Source of the DNA: Microgenomates group bacterium
GTDB lineage: Bacteria > Patescibacteriota > Microgenomatia > UBA10105 > UBA927
NCBI GenBank assembly: GCA_049287205.1
Contig: JBAQFJ010000001.1
Location: forward strand, 191,041 to 255,040
Direction: 5' to 3'
DNA: 64,000 bases
A model generated the notes under the pieces. It was given only the letters and a program-made list of their open reading frames with translations. It had not been told where the DNA came from and ran no database searches. Of this stretch, positions 38,751 through 48,493 are shown piece after piece. Each line of letters starts with the position of its first letter. Positions within the stretch are counted from its first letter, which is position 1. The translations under genes were made by a program, and so were the position numbers.

Positions 38751-40184
38751 ATGTCTTTTTACCGAACGTATAGACCACAGCTGATTGATGAAATTGATAA
38801 CGTTCATGTTCGTGAACAGGTGCATTCTTTACTTCAAAAAGACGTTTCAGAACTTCCGCATGCGTACTTGTTGACGGGACCAAAGGGCGCCGGAAAGACA
38901 ACGACCGCAAGAATTCTTGCCAAACTCTATAACTGTGAAAAAACTTCCAAAAAAACAGGCCCTTGTGGCACGTGTCAGATGTGTACGTCTATTGCAAACG
39001 GAACGAATATGGATGTGTTGGAAATTGACGCAGCATCAAACCGTGGTATTGATGAAATCCGTGAGCTTCGTGACAGAATTGCACTTGCATCCATCGGCGG
39101 CGGGTACAAAATATATATTATTGATGAAGTGCACATGTTGACGACAGAAGCATTTAATGCACTGTTAAAAACGCTCGAAGAACCGCCTAAACATGCAGTG
39201 TTTATTTTGGCAACGACTGATCCACAAAAAGTACCGGCTACGATCAAGTCACGGTGTATTTCCATTGTATTTCGAAAGGCAAATGATACAGAATTGTTGA
39301 GCGCACTCAAGAAAATCGTATTGACGGAAAAAATGGATATCACAGATGACGCGTTGCAATTCATCGTGTCAGAGGCAGACGGTGCGTTTCGGGATGCAGT
39401 GAAAATTTTGGAACAGGTGAGTTTTTCCAAAGGCAAAATTACGATTGATACAATTACGGATTTGTTCTCGTCCTCAGGCGATGATATCGTTTCTCAGTTT
39501 TTAGACGCACTTTCTAAAAAAGATGAAAAAGCGGCGTTTGCACTGATAGAAAAACTTACCAATGAATCCAAAGATATCAAGGGATTTATCACCGATGTCT
39601 TGCATAAACTGCAGGAGATGCTTGTTATTCTTGGAAAAGGAGACACACTTTCGGGGTGGAATAAAACGAGTGTTCAGCATGCATCGCATTGTTTTATTGA
39701 CGCATATGGAATGGTAAAAAATTCTCCAATCGCAGAACTTCCTTTGGAACTTGCGGTGTTTGATTATTTTGGTCAAGGTATTGCGCCAACACAGTTACAG
39801 CAGTCAAAACCGGCAGGCATACCATCGGTGGAAATGCAACCGGCGCCGAAGCCGAAATTATATGAAGGCGGTGAAATGCCGTCTCCAGTTTCAGAAGAGC
39901 ATTCGGAAATACCAGCCAAAAAATTTGATGAATCGTTTACTGTCGAAAAACTGCAGGAATACTGGAAAGATATTATTGAAGCGCTCAAGCCGTTTAATCA
40001 TTCCGTTGCAGGTGTTATGCGTTCAGCACGGCCAAAAACAATACATGGTGATGTTTTGACTATTGAAACGCAATATAAATTTCATCAGGAACGCTTGTCA
40101 GAAGTGAATGTCCGTGATATGTTGTCTACGGTACTCAAGAAATTATTTGGAGTGCACGTAAAAGTAGAAGTTGTATTGGCTTAG
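38751..40184 (+). CDS. dnaX: DNA polymerase III subunit gamma/tau
   Basis: FYRTYRPQ, GPKGAGKTT, the zinc module CGTCQMC, DEVHML and SRC are present. Confidence 0.95.
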   Translation: MSFYRTYRPQLIDEIDNVHVREQVHSLLQKDVSELPHAYLLTGPKGAGKTTTARILAKLYNCEKTSKKTGPCGTCQMCTSIANGTNMDVLEIDAASNRGIDEIRELRDRIALASIGGGYKIYIIDEVHMLTTEAFNALLKTLEEPPKHAVFILATTDPQKVPATIKSRCISIVFRKANDTELLSALKKIVLTEKMDITDDALQFIVSEADGAFRDAVKILEQVSFSKGKITIDTITDLFSSSGDDIVSQFLDALSKKDEKAAFALIEKLTNESKDIKGFITDVLHKLQEMLVILGKGDTLSGWNKTSVQHASHCFIDAYGMVKNSPIAELPLELAVFDYFGQGIAPTQLQQSKPAGIPSVEMQPAPKPKLYEGGEMPSPVSEEHSEIPAKKFDESFTVEKLQEYWKDIIEALKPFNHSVAGVMRSARPKTIHGDVLTIETQYKFHQERLSEVNVRDMLSTVLKKLFGVHVKVEVVLA

Positions 40185-40203
40185 GAAGTAAGGAGGAATA
40201 TAT

Positions 40204-40464
40204 ATGTTTAATCCGTTTAAACAATTAGGTGATATGAATGAAATGAGGAAGTCAGCGATGGCAATCCAAAAAGCATTAGCCGTCATGTCATTTACCGCAA
40301 AAGAAGGTGATGTTGAAATAACAATAAATGGAAATCAGGAAGTACAATCCGTGACGATTGCAGGGGTTCCAAATGAATCCATTAAACGGGCAATGGGCAA
40401 TGTGATTAAGCAAGCTCAACAGGCAGCCGCAGGACAGTTTGCACAAATGTCAAAGGGCATGTAA
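40204..40464 (+). CDS. ybaB: Nucleoid-associated protein YbaB/EbfC
   Basis: The 86-aa YbaB family protein reads MFNPFKQLGDM...VEITINGNQEV. SD aaggagg. Confidence 0.9.
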   Translation: MFNPFKQLGDMNEMRKSAMAIQKALAVMSFTAKEGDVEITINGNQEVQSVTIAGVPNESIKRAMGNVIKQAQQAAAGQFAQMSKGM

Positions 40465-40468
40465 TATC

Positions 40469-41410
40469 ATGGCAATTGTTGTTACAGGAAGCATCGGGTA
40501 CGACTATATCATGGGGTTTCAAGGAAAAATTTCCGATCGGATCATGCCGGATAAAATTCACACGATTTCCTTATCGCTTCTTGCAGATAAATTACATAAA
40601 CAATTTGGCGGAACCGCGGGGAATATCGCGTATTCATTAAAATTACTTGGCGTCGAGCCGATTGTGCAGACGTACGCAGGGAATGATTTCGCTTCGTATA
40701 GGGAATTCTGGAACAAGCATGCCATTGCAACACATCATGTTGCAATAGACCAAAAAAATTCGAGTGGAACGTATTTTGTCGTCACTGACCAAGCGGATAA
40801 TCAAATCGGTGCCTATTATAAAGGCGCACTCGTTCGAAATACATCGCTTCATCTTTCTGGCATTCATGAACGTTTTGAGCTCGTGGTGATTTCTGCAAAT
40901 GAACCGAAAGCAATGGTGCAATACGTCACCGAATGTGCGAAACAAAAGATTCCGTATATGTACGATCCTTCGTTTCAGATTGGAAATTTTTCAAAGAAAG
41001 AATTATATGATGGCGTGAGACACGCGGCGATGCTTATCGGAAATGATTACGAGATTGCGCTTCTTGAAAAACGTCTTGAAATAACGCACAGTGATTTGCT
41101 TGCACTCTGTCCTATCGTCATTACTACACTTGGGGCAAAGGGATCATTGATTGAGACGCGTGAAAAACGGATACCAATACGCCCAGCCAAAGTAAAGGCA
41201 ATTGTTGATCCGACTGGTGCAGGTGATGCGTATAGATCAGGATTTTTAGGAGGATTCACAAGAGGTTTTGATTTGAAAACGTGTGGGCAAATGGGATCGA
41301 TTGCTGCTGTATATACAGTCGAAGAATTTGGGACACAAACACATATGTATACAAAAAAAGAATTTTGCACGCGGTATAAGAAAAATTATAAAAATATTTT
41401 ATCGTTATAA
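40469..41410 (+). CDS. PfkB-family ribokinase-like kinase (possible adenosine/nucleoside kinase)
   Basis: FGGTAGNIA and DPTGAGDAY are PfkB motifs. It lies next to ahcY. Confidence 0.75.
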   Translation: MAIVVTGSIGYDYIMGFQGKISDRIMPDKIHTISLSLLADKLHKQFGGTAGNIAYSLKLLGVEPIVQTYAGNDFASYREFWNKHAIATHHVAIDQKNSSGTYFVVTDQADNQIGAYYKGALVRNTSLHLSGIHERFELVVISANEPKAMVQYVTECAKQKIPYMYDPSFQIGNFSKKELYDGVRHAAMLIGNDYEIALLEKRLEITHSDLLALCPIVITTLGAKGSLIETREKRIPIRPAKVKAIVDPTGAGDAYRSGFLGGFTRGFDLKTCGQMGSIAAVYTVEEFGTQTHMYTKKEFCTRYKKNYKNILSL

Positions 41411-41428
41411 GATAAAGGAGAAAGAGCT

Positions 41429-42691
41429 ATGGAAAAAACAGGAGATGTAAAAAATATACAACTTGCCAAGGCCGGAAAACTTCGTATTGAATGGGCGGGA
41501 AATGCAATGCCAGTGTTAAAACTTATTGAAAAACGATTCATAAAAGAACAACCACTTAAAGGATTGACGATTGCCGCATGTTTGCATGTGACAGCAGAGA
41601 CTGCGAATTTGATGTTGGCACTCAAGGCGGGGGGAGCAAAAGTATATTTGTGCGCAAGTAATCCACTTTCCACACAAGACGATGTCGCGGCATCACTCGT
41701 TAGCGATTATCATATTCCGACATTCGCCATCAAAGGCGAGGATACAAAAACGTACTATTCTCATTTGAATGCGGTGTTGGATATGCATCCGAATATCACC
41801 ATGGATGATGGTGCGGATCTGGTCTCGCTCCTTCACACAAAACGAAAATCGCAATTGCCTGAAATTATCGGATCAAGCGAGGAAACAACAACAGGAGTTA
41901 TTCGTTTAAAAGCGATGATGAAAGATGCGGCACTCAAGATTCCGGTATTTGCGGTCAACGATAGTGATACAAAACACATGTTTGATAATCGGTATGGCAC
42001 AGGACAATCAACGCTTGACGGTATCATGCGTGCAACGAATATGCTGCTTGCAGGAAAAACATTTGTTGTTGCAGGATATGGATGGTGTGGACGGGGACTA
42101 GCTAGCCGCGCTCATGGGATGGGCGCACATGTCGTCGTAACGGAAGTAGATTCCATTAAAGCGCTCGAGGCAGTGATGGATGGATATGCTGTTATGCCCA
42201 TGAACAAAGCTGCTAAAATTGGTGATATGTTTGTGACGGTGACGGGAGATAAAAATGTTGTTTCTCTCGATCACATGATGAGCATGAAAGATGGGGCGGT
42301 TATTGCAAATTCTGGCCACTTCAATGTTGAGGTTGCAGTTGAAGCATTGCAGAAAAAAGCAAAATCACGACGGACAATCAGGACGTATGTGGAAGAATAT
42401 ACGCTTGCGGATAAGACAAAACGATTTGTACTTGCAGATGGCAGGCTTATTAATTTGTCTGCAGCGGAAGGCCATCCTGCAGAGGTAATGGACATGAGTT
42501 TTGCCAATCAGGCGCTTGCCGCGGAATTTTTTATTAAGAACAAAGGGAAACTTGAAGTGAAGGTGTATACTATCTCAAAAGAAATGGATCAGGAAATTGC
42601 AAGATTGAAGTTAAAAGCAATGGGTGTGCAGTTTGATACGCTTACCAAAGAACAGGAAGCATACTTAGGGAGTTGGCAAGAAGGAACATAA
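41429..42691 (+). CDS. ahcY: Adenosylhomocysteinase
   Basis: SAH hydrolase. The NAD fold is [12 protein letters not shown]. Conserved HxTxQT-like blocks are present. Length is 420 aa. Confidence 0.9.
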   Translation: MEKTGDVKNIQLAKAGKLRIEWAGNAMPVLKLIEKRFIKEQPLKGLTIAACLHVTAETANLMLALKAGGAKVYLCASNPLSTQDDVAASLVSDYHIPTFAIKGEDTKTYYSHLNAVLDMHPNITMDDGADLVSLLHTKRKSQLPEIIGSSEETTTGVIRLKAMMKDAALKIPVFAVNDSDTKHMFDNRYGTGQSTLDGIMRATNMLLAGKTFVVAGYGWCGRGLASRAHGMGAHVVVTEVDSIKALEAVMDGYAVMPMNKAAKIGDMFVTVTGDKNVVSLDHMMSMKDGAVIANSGHFNVEVAVEALQKKAKSRRTIRTYVEEYTLADKTKRFVLADGRLINLSAAEGHPAEVMDMSFANQALAAEFFIKNKGKLEVKVYTISKEMDQEIARLKLKAMGVQFDTLTKEQEAYLGSWQEGT

Positions 42692-42698
42692 CTGAAGT

Positions 42699-43421
42699 AT
42701 GAAGCTTATTTTATTTGATATTGACGGAACACTAGTGAGTCAAGATGGTGCCGCAACGTTTGAGATGGTTCCTCATGGAGAATCAAAATTTTCTTATGCT
42801 ATACGCACGGTGTTTGGTAAATCCGTTCACGTTGATATGACGAAATTTAACGGATTTGTTGACAGGAGTATTTTGTGGTTTTGCGCTGAGAGCGTGGGAA
42901 TTAAGCGAAGTGATTTTGAACGGGAACTGCCTCGTCTTGCTTCAGAAATGCATCAGTATATTGTCTCTTCAACACCAGCTGATACCACACTGTATCATTC
43001 GATTGCATCAGCAAAACAATTTGTGGATTTGGTGGTTGCTAGTAAAACAATCGCATATGGAGTTTTATCTGGCAACGTGCAAAGCATTGGTCTTTGGAAA
43101 CTGGATAAGGCAGGATATGGGCATATGTTTGATTTCGGTGTGTATGGGGAAGATGCGGATGACAGGATCGAGCTTGCAAAAAAAACTGTTGTACGGGCAG
43201 ATGCGTTTTTTCACACATCATTTTCTCCGCGTGATATCTCGGTGATTGGGGACACCGTACACGATGTCCGGTGTGGTAAAGCAATTGGTGCGCACACGAT
43301 TGCCGTCATGACAGGCAGACATCATGACCCTGTAGTGCTTGATGCAGAACACCCTGATTTTTTAGTGGACACGCTCATGGATAATTCAGTCCTTGATTAC
43401 TTCGGGTTGAAGAAGGTATAA
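42699..43421 (+). CDS. HAD-superfamily hydrolase
   Basis: LILFDIDGTLV (motif I) and IGDTVHDV are present. Confidence 0.75.
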   Translation: MKLILFDIDGTLVSQDGAATFEMVPHGESKFSYAIRTVFGKSVHVDMTKFNGFVDRSILWFCAESVGIKRSDFERELPRLASEMHQYIVSSTPADTTLYHSIASAKQFVDLVVASKTIAYGVLSGNVQSIGLWKLDKAGYGHMFDFGVYGEDADDRIELAKKTVVRADAFFHTSFSPRDISVIGDTVHDVRCGKAIGAHTIAVMTGRHHDPVVLDAEHPDFLVDTLMDNSVLDYFGLKKV

Positions 43422-43430
43422 CAAATATAT

Positions 43431-44345
43431 ATGAAAGACCATTTATTGTTTTCCGGATCCAGTAATCAGACTCTAGCTTCTAAAGTCGCAAGTCAATTAC
43501 ATATTCAACTTGGGAAAGTGGATCTTTCCCGTTTTGCTGACGGTGAAGTGCGTCCATGGATTCAGGAAGATGTTCGGGATAAAACAGTGTTTGTTATGCA
43601 ATCACTGTCAACACCCATGGATGAATATATTATGGAAATGGCTTTGATGGGGGATGCAATCAGAAGAAGTGCTCCTAAGACAATGATTGCCGTCATTCCA
43701 TATCTTGGGTATTCAAGACAGGATAAACAGCACCGCGTCGGCGAGCCAATTTCAGCCCGCGTGATTGCAAAATTTATTGAAATATCAAAATTTAAAGAAG
43801 TGATTGTCGTTGATCTTCATAATGATGCAATTGTCGGTTTTTTCCAAATCCCCGTGACGCATGTGAGTGCAATGCCGGTATTAGTTGAAGCGATTAAAAA
43901 ATTGCAATTGAACAATCCTGTGGTCGTCTCTCCTGATGTCGGTGGAGTGAGACGAGCCAGAAATTTTGCATATCAGATGGATGCGGATCTTGTGGTTATG
44001 GAAAAGAAACGGTTTATTGACCGCCATGATGAAAGCGAAAATTTTCAGATCATAGGAGATGTGAAAGGAAGAACCGCGATCATTCATGATGATATGATTT
44101 CAACGGGTGGCACCATCATCCATAGTGCAGCGGCACTTCGGGATGCAGGTGCAACATCTGTTGTTGTATGTGCATCGCACGCGGTATTGTCAGGGGAAGC
44201 AAAACATAATTTGGAGCATGCGGCTATTGATCATCTGATTCTCACTGACACGATTATTGATGCAGAGGATCGGCTACCAAAAGGAACGACCATTGTTTCT
44301 GTCGCGCCAATCATCGCTGATGCCATTTCAACCATTGTCCGGTAA
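43431..44345 (+). CDS. prs: Ribose-phosphate pyrophosphokinase
   Basis: LFSGSSNQTLA... and the PRPP-binding loop DDMISTGGT are present. Confidence 0.95.
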   Translation: MKDHLLFSGSSNQTLASKVASQLHIQLGKVDLSRFADGEVRPWIQEDVRDKTVFVMQSLSTPMDEYIMEMALMGDAIRRSAPKTMIAVIPYLGYSRQDKQHRVGEPISARVIAKFIEISKFKEVIVVDLHNDAIVGFFQIPVTHVSAMPVLVEAIKKLQLNNPVVVSPDVGGVRRARNFAYQMDADLVVMEKKRFIDRHDESENFQIIGDVKGRTAIIHDDMISTGGTIIHSAAALRDAGATSVVVCASHAVLSGEAKHNLEHAAIDHLILTDTIIDAEDRLPKGTTIVSVAPIIADAISTIVR

Positions 44346-44356
44346 CACAGTACCTT

Positions 44357-44962
44357 ATGAATATTCTTCCTAAATCAGTCACGCGTGTTGTTGAGTCGTT
44401 CGAACGGCTTCCCGGCATCGGGCCAAAAACAGCCCAGAGGCTTGCGTTTTATCTTTTGCATGTGCCGGAGGATGAAATTAAACGGTTTGCGGATTCTCTG
44501 ACGGATTTGAAATCACATACGGTTCTTTGCAGTGTGTGTAAAAATGTGACGGAAACAGATCCGTGTTCTGTGTGTAGCGATCCACGGCGTGATCACACAA
44601 TGATTTGTTTGGTGGAACAACCAACCGATGTGTTATCTATCGAACGGACTGGGGCATTCCATGGTGTGTACCATGTCTTGCATGGAAGCATTGATCCTTT
44701 AAACAATATCGGTCCGGATGAAATTTATTTAGCTGATCTTTTGAAACGGATTAAAAATCAGACAGATACAGTGAAAGAACTTATTTTTGCGATGAATCCG
44801 ACGATGGAAGGGGAAGCGACAGCAATGTATATTCAAAAACAACTGCAAGGTACGGACATAAAAATTACGAGGCTTGCACATGGCATCCCCATCGGCGGAG
44901 ATATTGAATATGCGGATGAAGTCACCCTCAAACGCGCACTCGAAGGCAGACGCGATTATTGA
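44357..44962 (+). CDS. recR: Recombination protein RecR
   Basis: LPGIGPKTAQRLAFYLL (HhH), the C4 zinc finger CSVCKNV...CSVC, and a Toprim region are present. Confidence 0.95.
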   Translation: MNILPKSVTRVVESFERLPGIGPKTAQRLAFYLLHVPEDEIKRFADSLTDLKSHTVLCSVCKNVTETDPCSVCSDPRRDHTMICLVEQPTDVLSIERTGAFHGVYHVLHGSIDPLNNIGPDEIYLADLLKRIKNQTDTVKELIFAMNPTMEGEATAMYIQKQLQGTDIKITRLAHGIPIGGDIEYADEVTLKRALEGRRDY

Positions 44963-45095
44963 TTTTTCCAAAAAAAAGCGCCAAGGTAATGTAAACAACA
45001 CGAGTAGTGTCATTCATGTTTGTCCTTGACGCTTAATTTCCTTCAAATACTTATTATTTCCTTCTGTTCTACAAGATGGCTGGGATGATATTTTT

Positions 45096-45458
45096 TTAGA
45101 TATCTTTTATGCTTTTTGTTTTTACAATTTGACCGCCTCGATTGATTCTCAATGCGATTCGTGGATTCATTTTTGGTCCAACGATAACATGGCATCGTTT
45201 CGCACGAAAAATATTGTGGTCGGCGAGTGCAATAAACGCTTCGTTAACGACAAATCCTAGTCGTATTGCGGCTTCAACTTCAGCTTCTCTTCTTTCTTGG
45301 TTTTTCCAATCGATTACAATCATATCTCTGTAATCAATCGTGGCTTTCTTTATTTGATTCGTCTCGTTTAGAATGATGCCTATCAGTATTCGGTATTCTC
45401 CGTACTTAGCCATTTTTATGCGGTCTCCCTTGTGTAGTGTAATTTTTTGAGTAGCCAT
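45096..45458 (-). CDS. Hypothetical protein
   Basis: ORF with coherent codon usage. No family was recognised. Confidence 0.45.
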   Translation of the reverse strand: MATQKITLHKGDRIKMAKYGEYRILIGIILNETNQIKKATIDYRDMIVIDWKNQERREAEVEAAIRLGFVVNEAFIALADHNIFRAKRCHVIVGPKMNPRIALRINRGGQIVKTKSIKDI

Positions 45459-45678
45459 CTCGTACCCTAATAGATCCTCTAGGGAAGTCTAGACCCATAG
45501 TTATAGATCCACACTTCCCTAGAAGAAATTCTTTGTAAGTATATGTTGGAAAAGAGCCCAAATAGCTTCAAAACGACCCTTGCTAGCAAGAAGAAATTCA
45601 AGGCTATTTGAAGCAAAAAGTATACCATTTTTCGTTGCGGTTGTCAATCACTATAGGACAATTGCGGTCTGTCAAAAA

Positions 45679-45999
45679 ATGGGCGATAATACAAGCCGTA
45701 TGACAGAACTTAGACCAAAAGTAGAAAAGGTTCTCAAAGAAATCATGGATCCGGAGCTGAACATCAGTTTGTGGGATTTGGGATTGATTTATGATCTCAA
45801 TATCAAAAGTGGGCATGTGGAGGTGGTGATGACACTTACTTCTGTCGGATGTCCGTTATTTGGCACGATTCAAGGTGATATTGAAGAACGGATTGGTAAA
45901 ATTAAAGGTGTGACACAAGTATCCGTTGAACTGACGTTTGAGCCACCGTGGAGTATGGATAGGATGAGCGACGAAGCCCGCGCCAATTTAGGATTTTAA
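45679..45999 (+). CDS. DUF59/MIP18-family Fe-S cluster assembly protein (SufT-like)
   Basis: DPELNISLWDLGLIYDL...TLTSVGCPL...FEPPWS is present. Confidence 0.8.
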   Translation: MGDNTSRMTELRPKVEKVLKEIMDPELNISLWDLGLIYDLNIKSGHVEVVMTLTSVGCPLFGTIQGDIEERIGKIKGVTQVSVELTFEPPWSMDRMSDEARANLGF

Positions 46000-46024
46000 C
46001 TTCATTCCTTGGTATACTACATAT

Positions 46025-46504
46025 ATGGCACCGCCAAAAATGCGTCCCCCTATTATCGGTTCGTTTGAAGATATCGGCAAAGACGTTGCGCGAGAAGTGA
46101 CGAAAGCGCCGGTGGATATCGCGGGGAAGGTTTTGGAAAGTTTGACCGGCGGATCATCAGTGAAAGGACAAAAACAAGCGACTACCGGAGCGGGAAATGA
46201 GGGAACAAAAAAACCGGATGGCGCACTCGGCGCAATGGAAGAAACAAACGATAAGAAAGTAAAAAAGGCGATTGCACGGGCCGCACTGGAACAGCTTGCA
46301 GGACACGCACAAAAAGAAATGCCGTCCATATTTGAAGAAAAACAAAAAGAAGAACAGCAAAAAAAACAAGTTGATCAGGAGCAGGCCAAAAAGGCGGCGT
46401 TTGCCGAGATGCCAAAAATGTCTTCCAAAAAACGACGAGGCGACCTGTATGGTATTAAAGGAAAAAGTTCTACAGAGATGAGTAAAAATGTCCGGCAAGA
46501 CTGA
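46025..46504 (+). CDS. Hypothetical low-complexity charged protein
   Basis: Lys/Glu/Gln-rich ORF. The opposite-strand ORFs overlap it. The coding call is tentative. Confidence 0.45.
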   Translation: MAPPKMRPPIIGSFEDIGKDVAREVTKAPVDIAGKVLESLTGGSSVKGQKQATTGAGNEGTKKPDGALGAMEETNDKKVKKAIARAALEQLAGHAQKEMPSIFEEKQKEEQQKKQVDQEQAKKAAFAEMPKMSSKKRRGDLYGIKGKSSTEMSKNVRQD

Positions 46505-46521
46505 TATAATAGGGAAAGCAT

Positions 46522-47937
46522 ATGCTTCAATTGTTTAATACACTATCAAGAAAAAAAGAAGAATTTATTCCCGTTGCCGCAGGGAAGGTGTTATTTTATC
46601 ACTGCGGACCGACTGTGTATTGGACGCAGCATATCGGCAACCTTCGTGGTATGACGTTGGGAGACTTAGTGAGACGAACGTTGGAATATCAAGGGTTTGA
46701 AGTGAAACATGTGAGGAATTACACGGATGTCGGGCATCTCACGTCAGACAATGATACAGGTGAGGATAAAATGGAAAAAGGTGCGAAGCGGGAAGGAAAA
46801 ACACCGGATGAAATTGCAAAATTTTATATCGACCAATTTGAGACGGATACAAAAAAATTAAATCTTCTGGAACCGACTGTAAAACCCCGAGCAACCCAAT
46901 ATATTCAGGACATGATTGCTATCGTGTCAGCACTCATCGAAAAAGGATATGCATACTCGACTGATCTTGCAGTCTATTTTGATATCACAAAATTTGCTGA
47001 CTACACAAAATTATCCCATCAGCAGATGGATAAGCTTATGGAAGGGGCGGGAAAAGCGGAAGTCTCGGATCCGAGAAAAAAACATGCGGCAGATTTTGTA
47101 TTATGGTTTTTTACGGCGGGTGTGCATACTAACGCATTGCAACACTGGAAGTCTCCATTCCAGTCACTTCTTGTGAAAGACGGGGACGGATTTCCGGGAT
47201 GGCATTTGGAATGTTCTGCAATGACAAAAGCATTGTTAGGTAACACGATTGATATTCATATGGGAGGTGTTGAACATATTCCCGTGCATCACACCAATGA
47301 AATTGCCCAGAGTGAAGCGGCAAATGGTGTGAAGTTTGTGAACTATTGGCTGCATAATGAGCATTTACTGGTGAATGATAAAAAAATGGCAAAGTCGGAA
47401 GGGACAGGCTTTGCATTATCTGAAATTATCGATCGCGGATACGATCCGTTAGTCTTGCGCTATTTTTTCCTGCAATCGCATTACCGGTCAAAGCAGAATT
47501 TTACGTGGGAGGCATTGGACGGCGCAAAAACAGCGCTTTTTACACTTCGCGATCTCGCTTTGTCTTGGAAAGCGAATGAAAAGTTTGACGGCGAGGTAAG
47601 CGACGCGGGCGCAACATACAAAACAAAATTTATTGAGGCAATTTCTGACGATCTCAATATTCCAAAAGCGCTTGGCGTTGTATGGGATCTGACAAAAGCG
47701 ACTATTCCAAGTTCGGAAAAGCTGCCATTACTCTTGGATTTTGATCGGGTGTTGGGTCTTGGACTTGCAGGTTGGAAAGAAGCGGAAATTCCAGCTGATA
47801 TTCAAAAAAAAGCTGCGTTGATTACAACCCTTCGGAAAGAGAAAAAATTTACGGAAGCAGATGCGGTACGGAAAGAGATAACAGAGGCGGGGTATATTGT
47901 TCAGGATACAACAGCAGGAACAATCGTGAAACGATAA
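46522..47937 (+). CDS. cysS: Cysteinyl-tRNA synthetase
   Basis: HIGNLRG (HIGH-class) and KMAKSEG (KMSKS) are present. The zinc-binding Cys in CGPTVY is present. Confidence 0.95.
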   Translation: MLQLFNTLSRKKEEFIPVAAGKVLFYHCGPTVYWTQHIGNLRGMTLGDLVRRTLEYQGFEVKHVRNYTDVGHLTSDNDTGEDKMEKGAKREGKTPDEIAKFYIDQFETDTKKLNLLEPTVKPRATQYIQDMIAIVSALIEKGYAYSTDLAVYFDITKFADYTKLSHQQMDKLMEGAGKAEVSDPRKKHAADFVLWFFTAGVHTNALQHWKSPFQSLLVKDGDGFPGWHLECSAMTKALLGNTIDIHMGGVEHIPVHHTNEIAQSEAANGVKFVNYWLHNEHLLVNDKKMAKSEGTGFALSEIIDRGYDPLVLRYFFLQSHYRSKQNFTWEALDGAKTALFTLRDLALSWKANEKFDGEVSDAGATYKTKFIEAISDDLNIPKALGVVWDLTKATIPSSEKLPLLLDFDRVLGLGLAGWKEAEIPADIQKKAALITTLRKEKKFTEADAVRKEITEAGYIVQDTTAGTIVKR

Positions 47938-47944
47938 ACGTTTT

Positions 47945-48331
47945 TTATTTCTTCTTAATTTCTTTGGCAGTGAGGGTGTGTTTTTCAATATCGAGGGTTG
48001 CAGGGTCAATGGTAATTTTCACTTTTGTTCCCGAGAGCAGTGCGTCCATATTTGCGGATGTCGGGGGTGTTATATTCCAACTGCCCAAATTTTTATCCGG
48101 ACTGCTTGTGAATGTTAATTGATCAACAATTATGGTGTTATCGTTGTAGTTTATTTCGTTTATTACTGCTGTTGCCGTAATGCCACTTGTTACACTTGCC
48201 CTTGACCGGATATCGGTTGAAACTCGGGTTTTATTGATAATGCCGGTAAGAACAATTCCTGCGATGATAAATGCAACGGTACTAACCAGATAGAGCAGAG
48301 AATTGTCCTTTTTTTTCGCTTCTATTGCCAT
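47945..48331 (-). CDS. Hypothetical membrane-anchored protein
   Basis: One TM helix (LLYLVSTVAFIIAGIVLTGII) followed by a Thr/Ser-rich extracellular part. The start is uncertain (48361 or 48331). Confidence 0.45.
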   Translation of the reverse strand: MAIEAKKKDNSLLYLVSTVAFIIAGIVLTGIINKTRVSTDIRSRASVTSGITATAVINEINYNDNTIIVDQLTFTSSPDKNLGSWNITPPTSANMDALLSGTKVKITIDPATLDIEKHTLTAKEIKKK

Positions 48332-48493
48332 ACGTTTCCTCACAGATATTGTTTCACGCATGGCAGTAATGTGTCAATGGATCGGGGGAGGAATATGTAA
48401 TGAAGCTGTATGTTCTTGCGTGGTAAAACAGTATATACTCAAGTATACAAATATGTGTTCAGAGGGATATCTCTGATGGTATGGTGAATCACT

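Noticed and set aside
46157-46498. 113-aa minus-strand ORF overlapping the 46025..46504 hypothetical gene
   Set aside because: Both are low-complexity. The plus-strand frame was kept because it is co-directional and tightly spaced with the sufT-like gene and cysS. The coding call for either strand is tentative.
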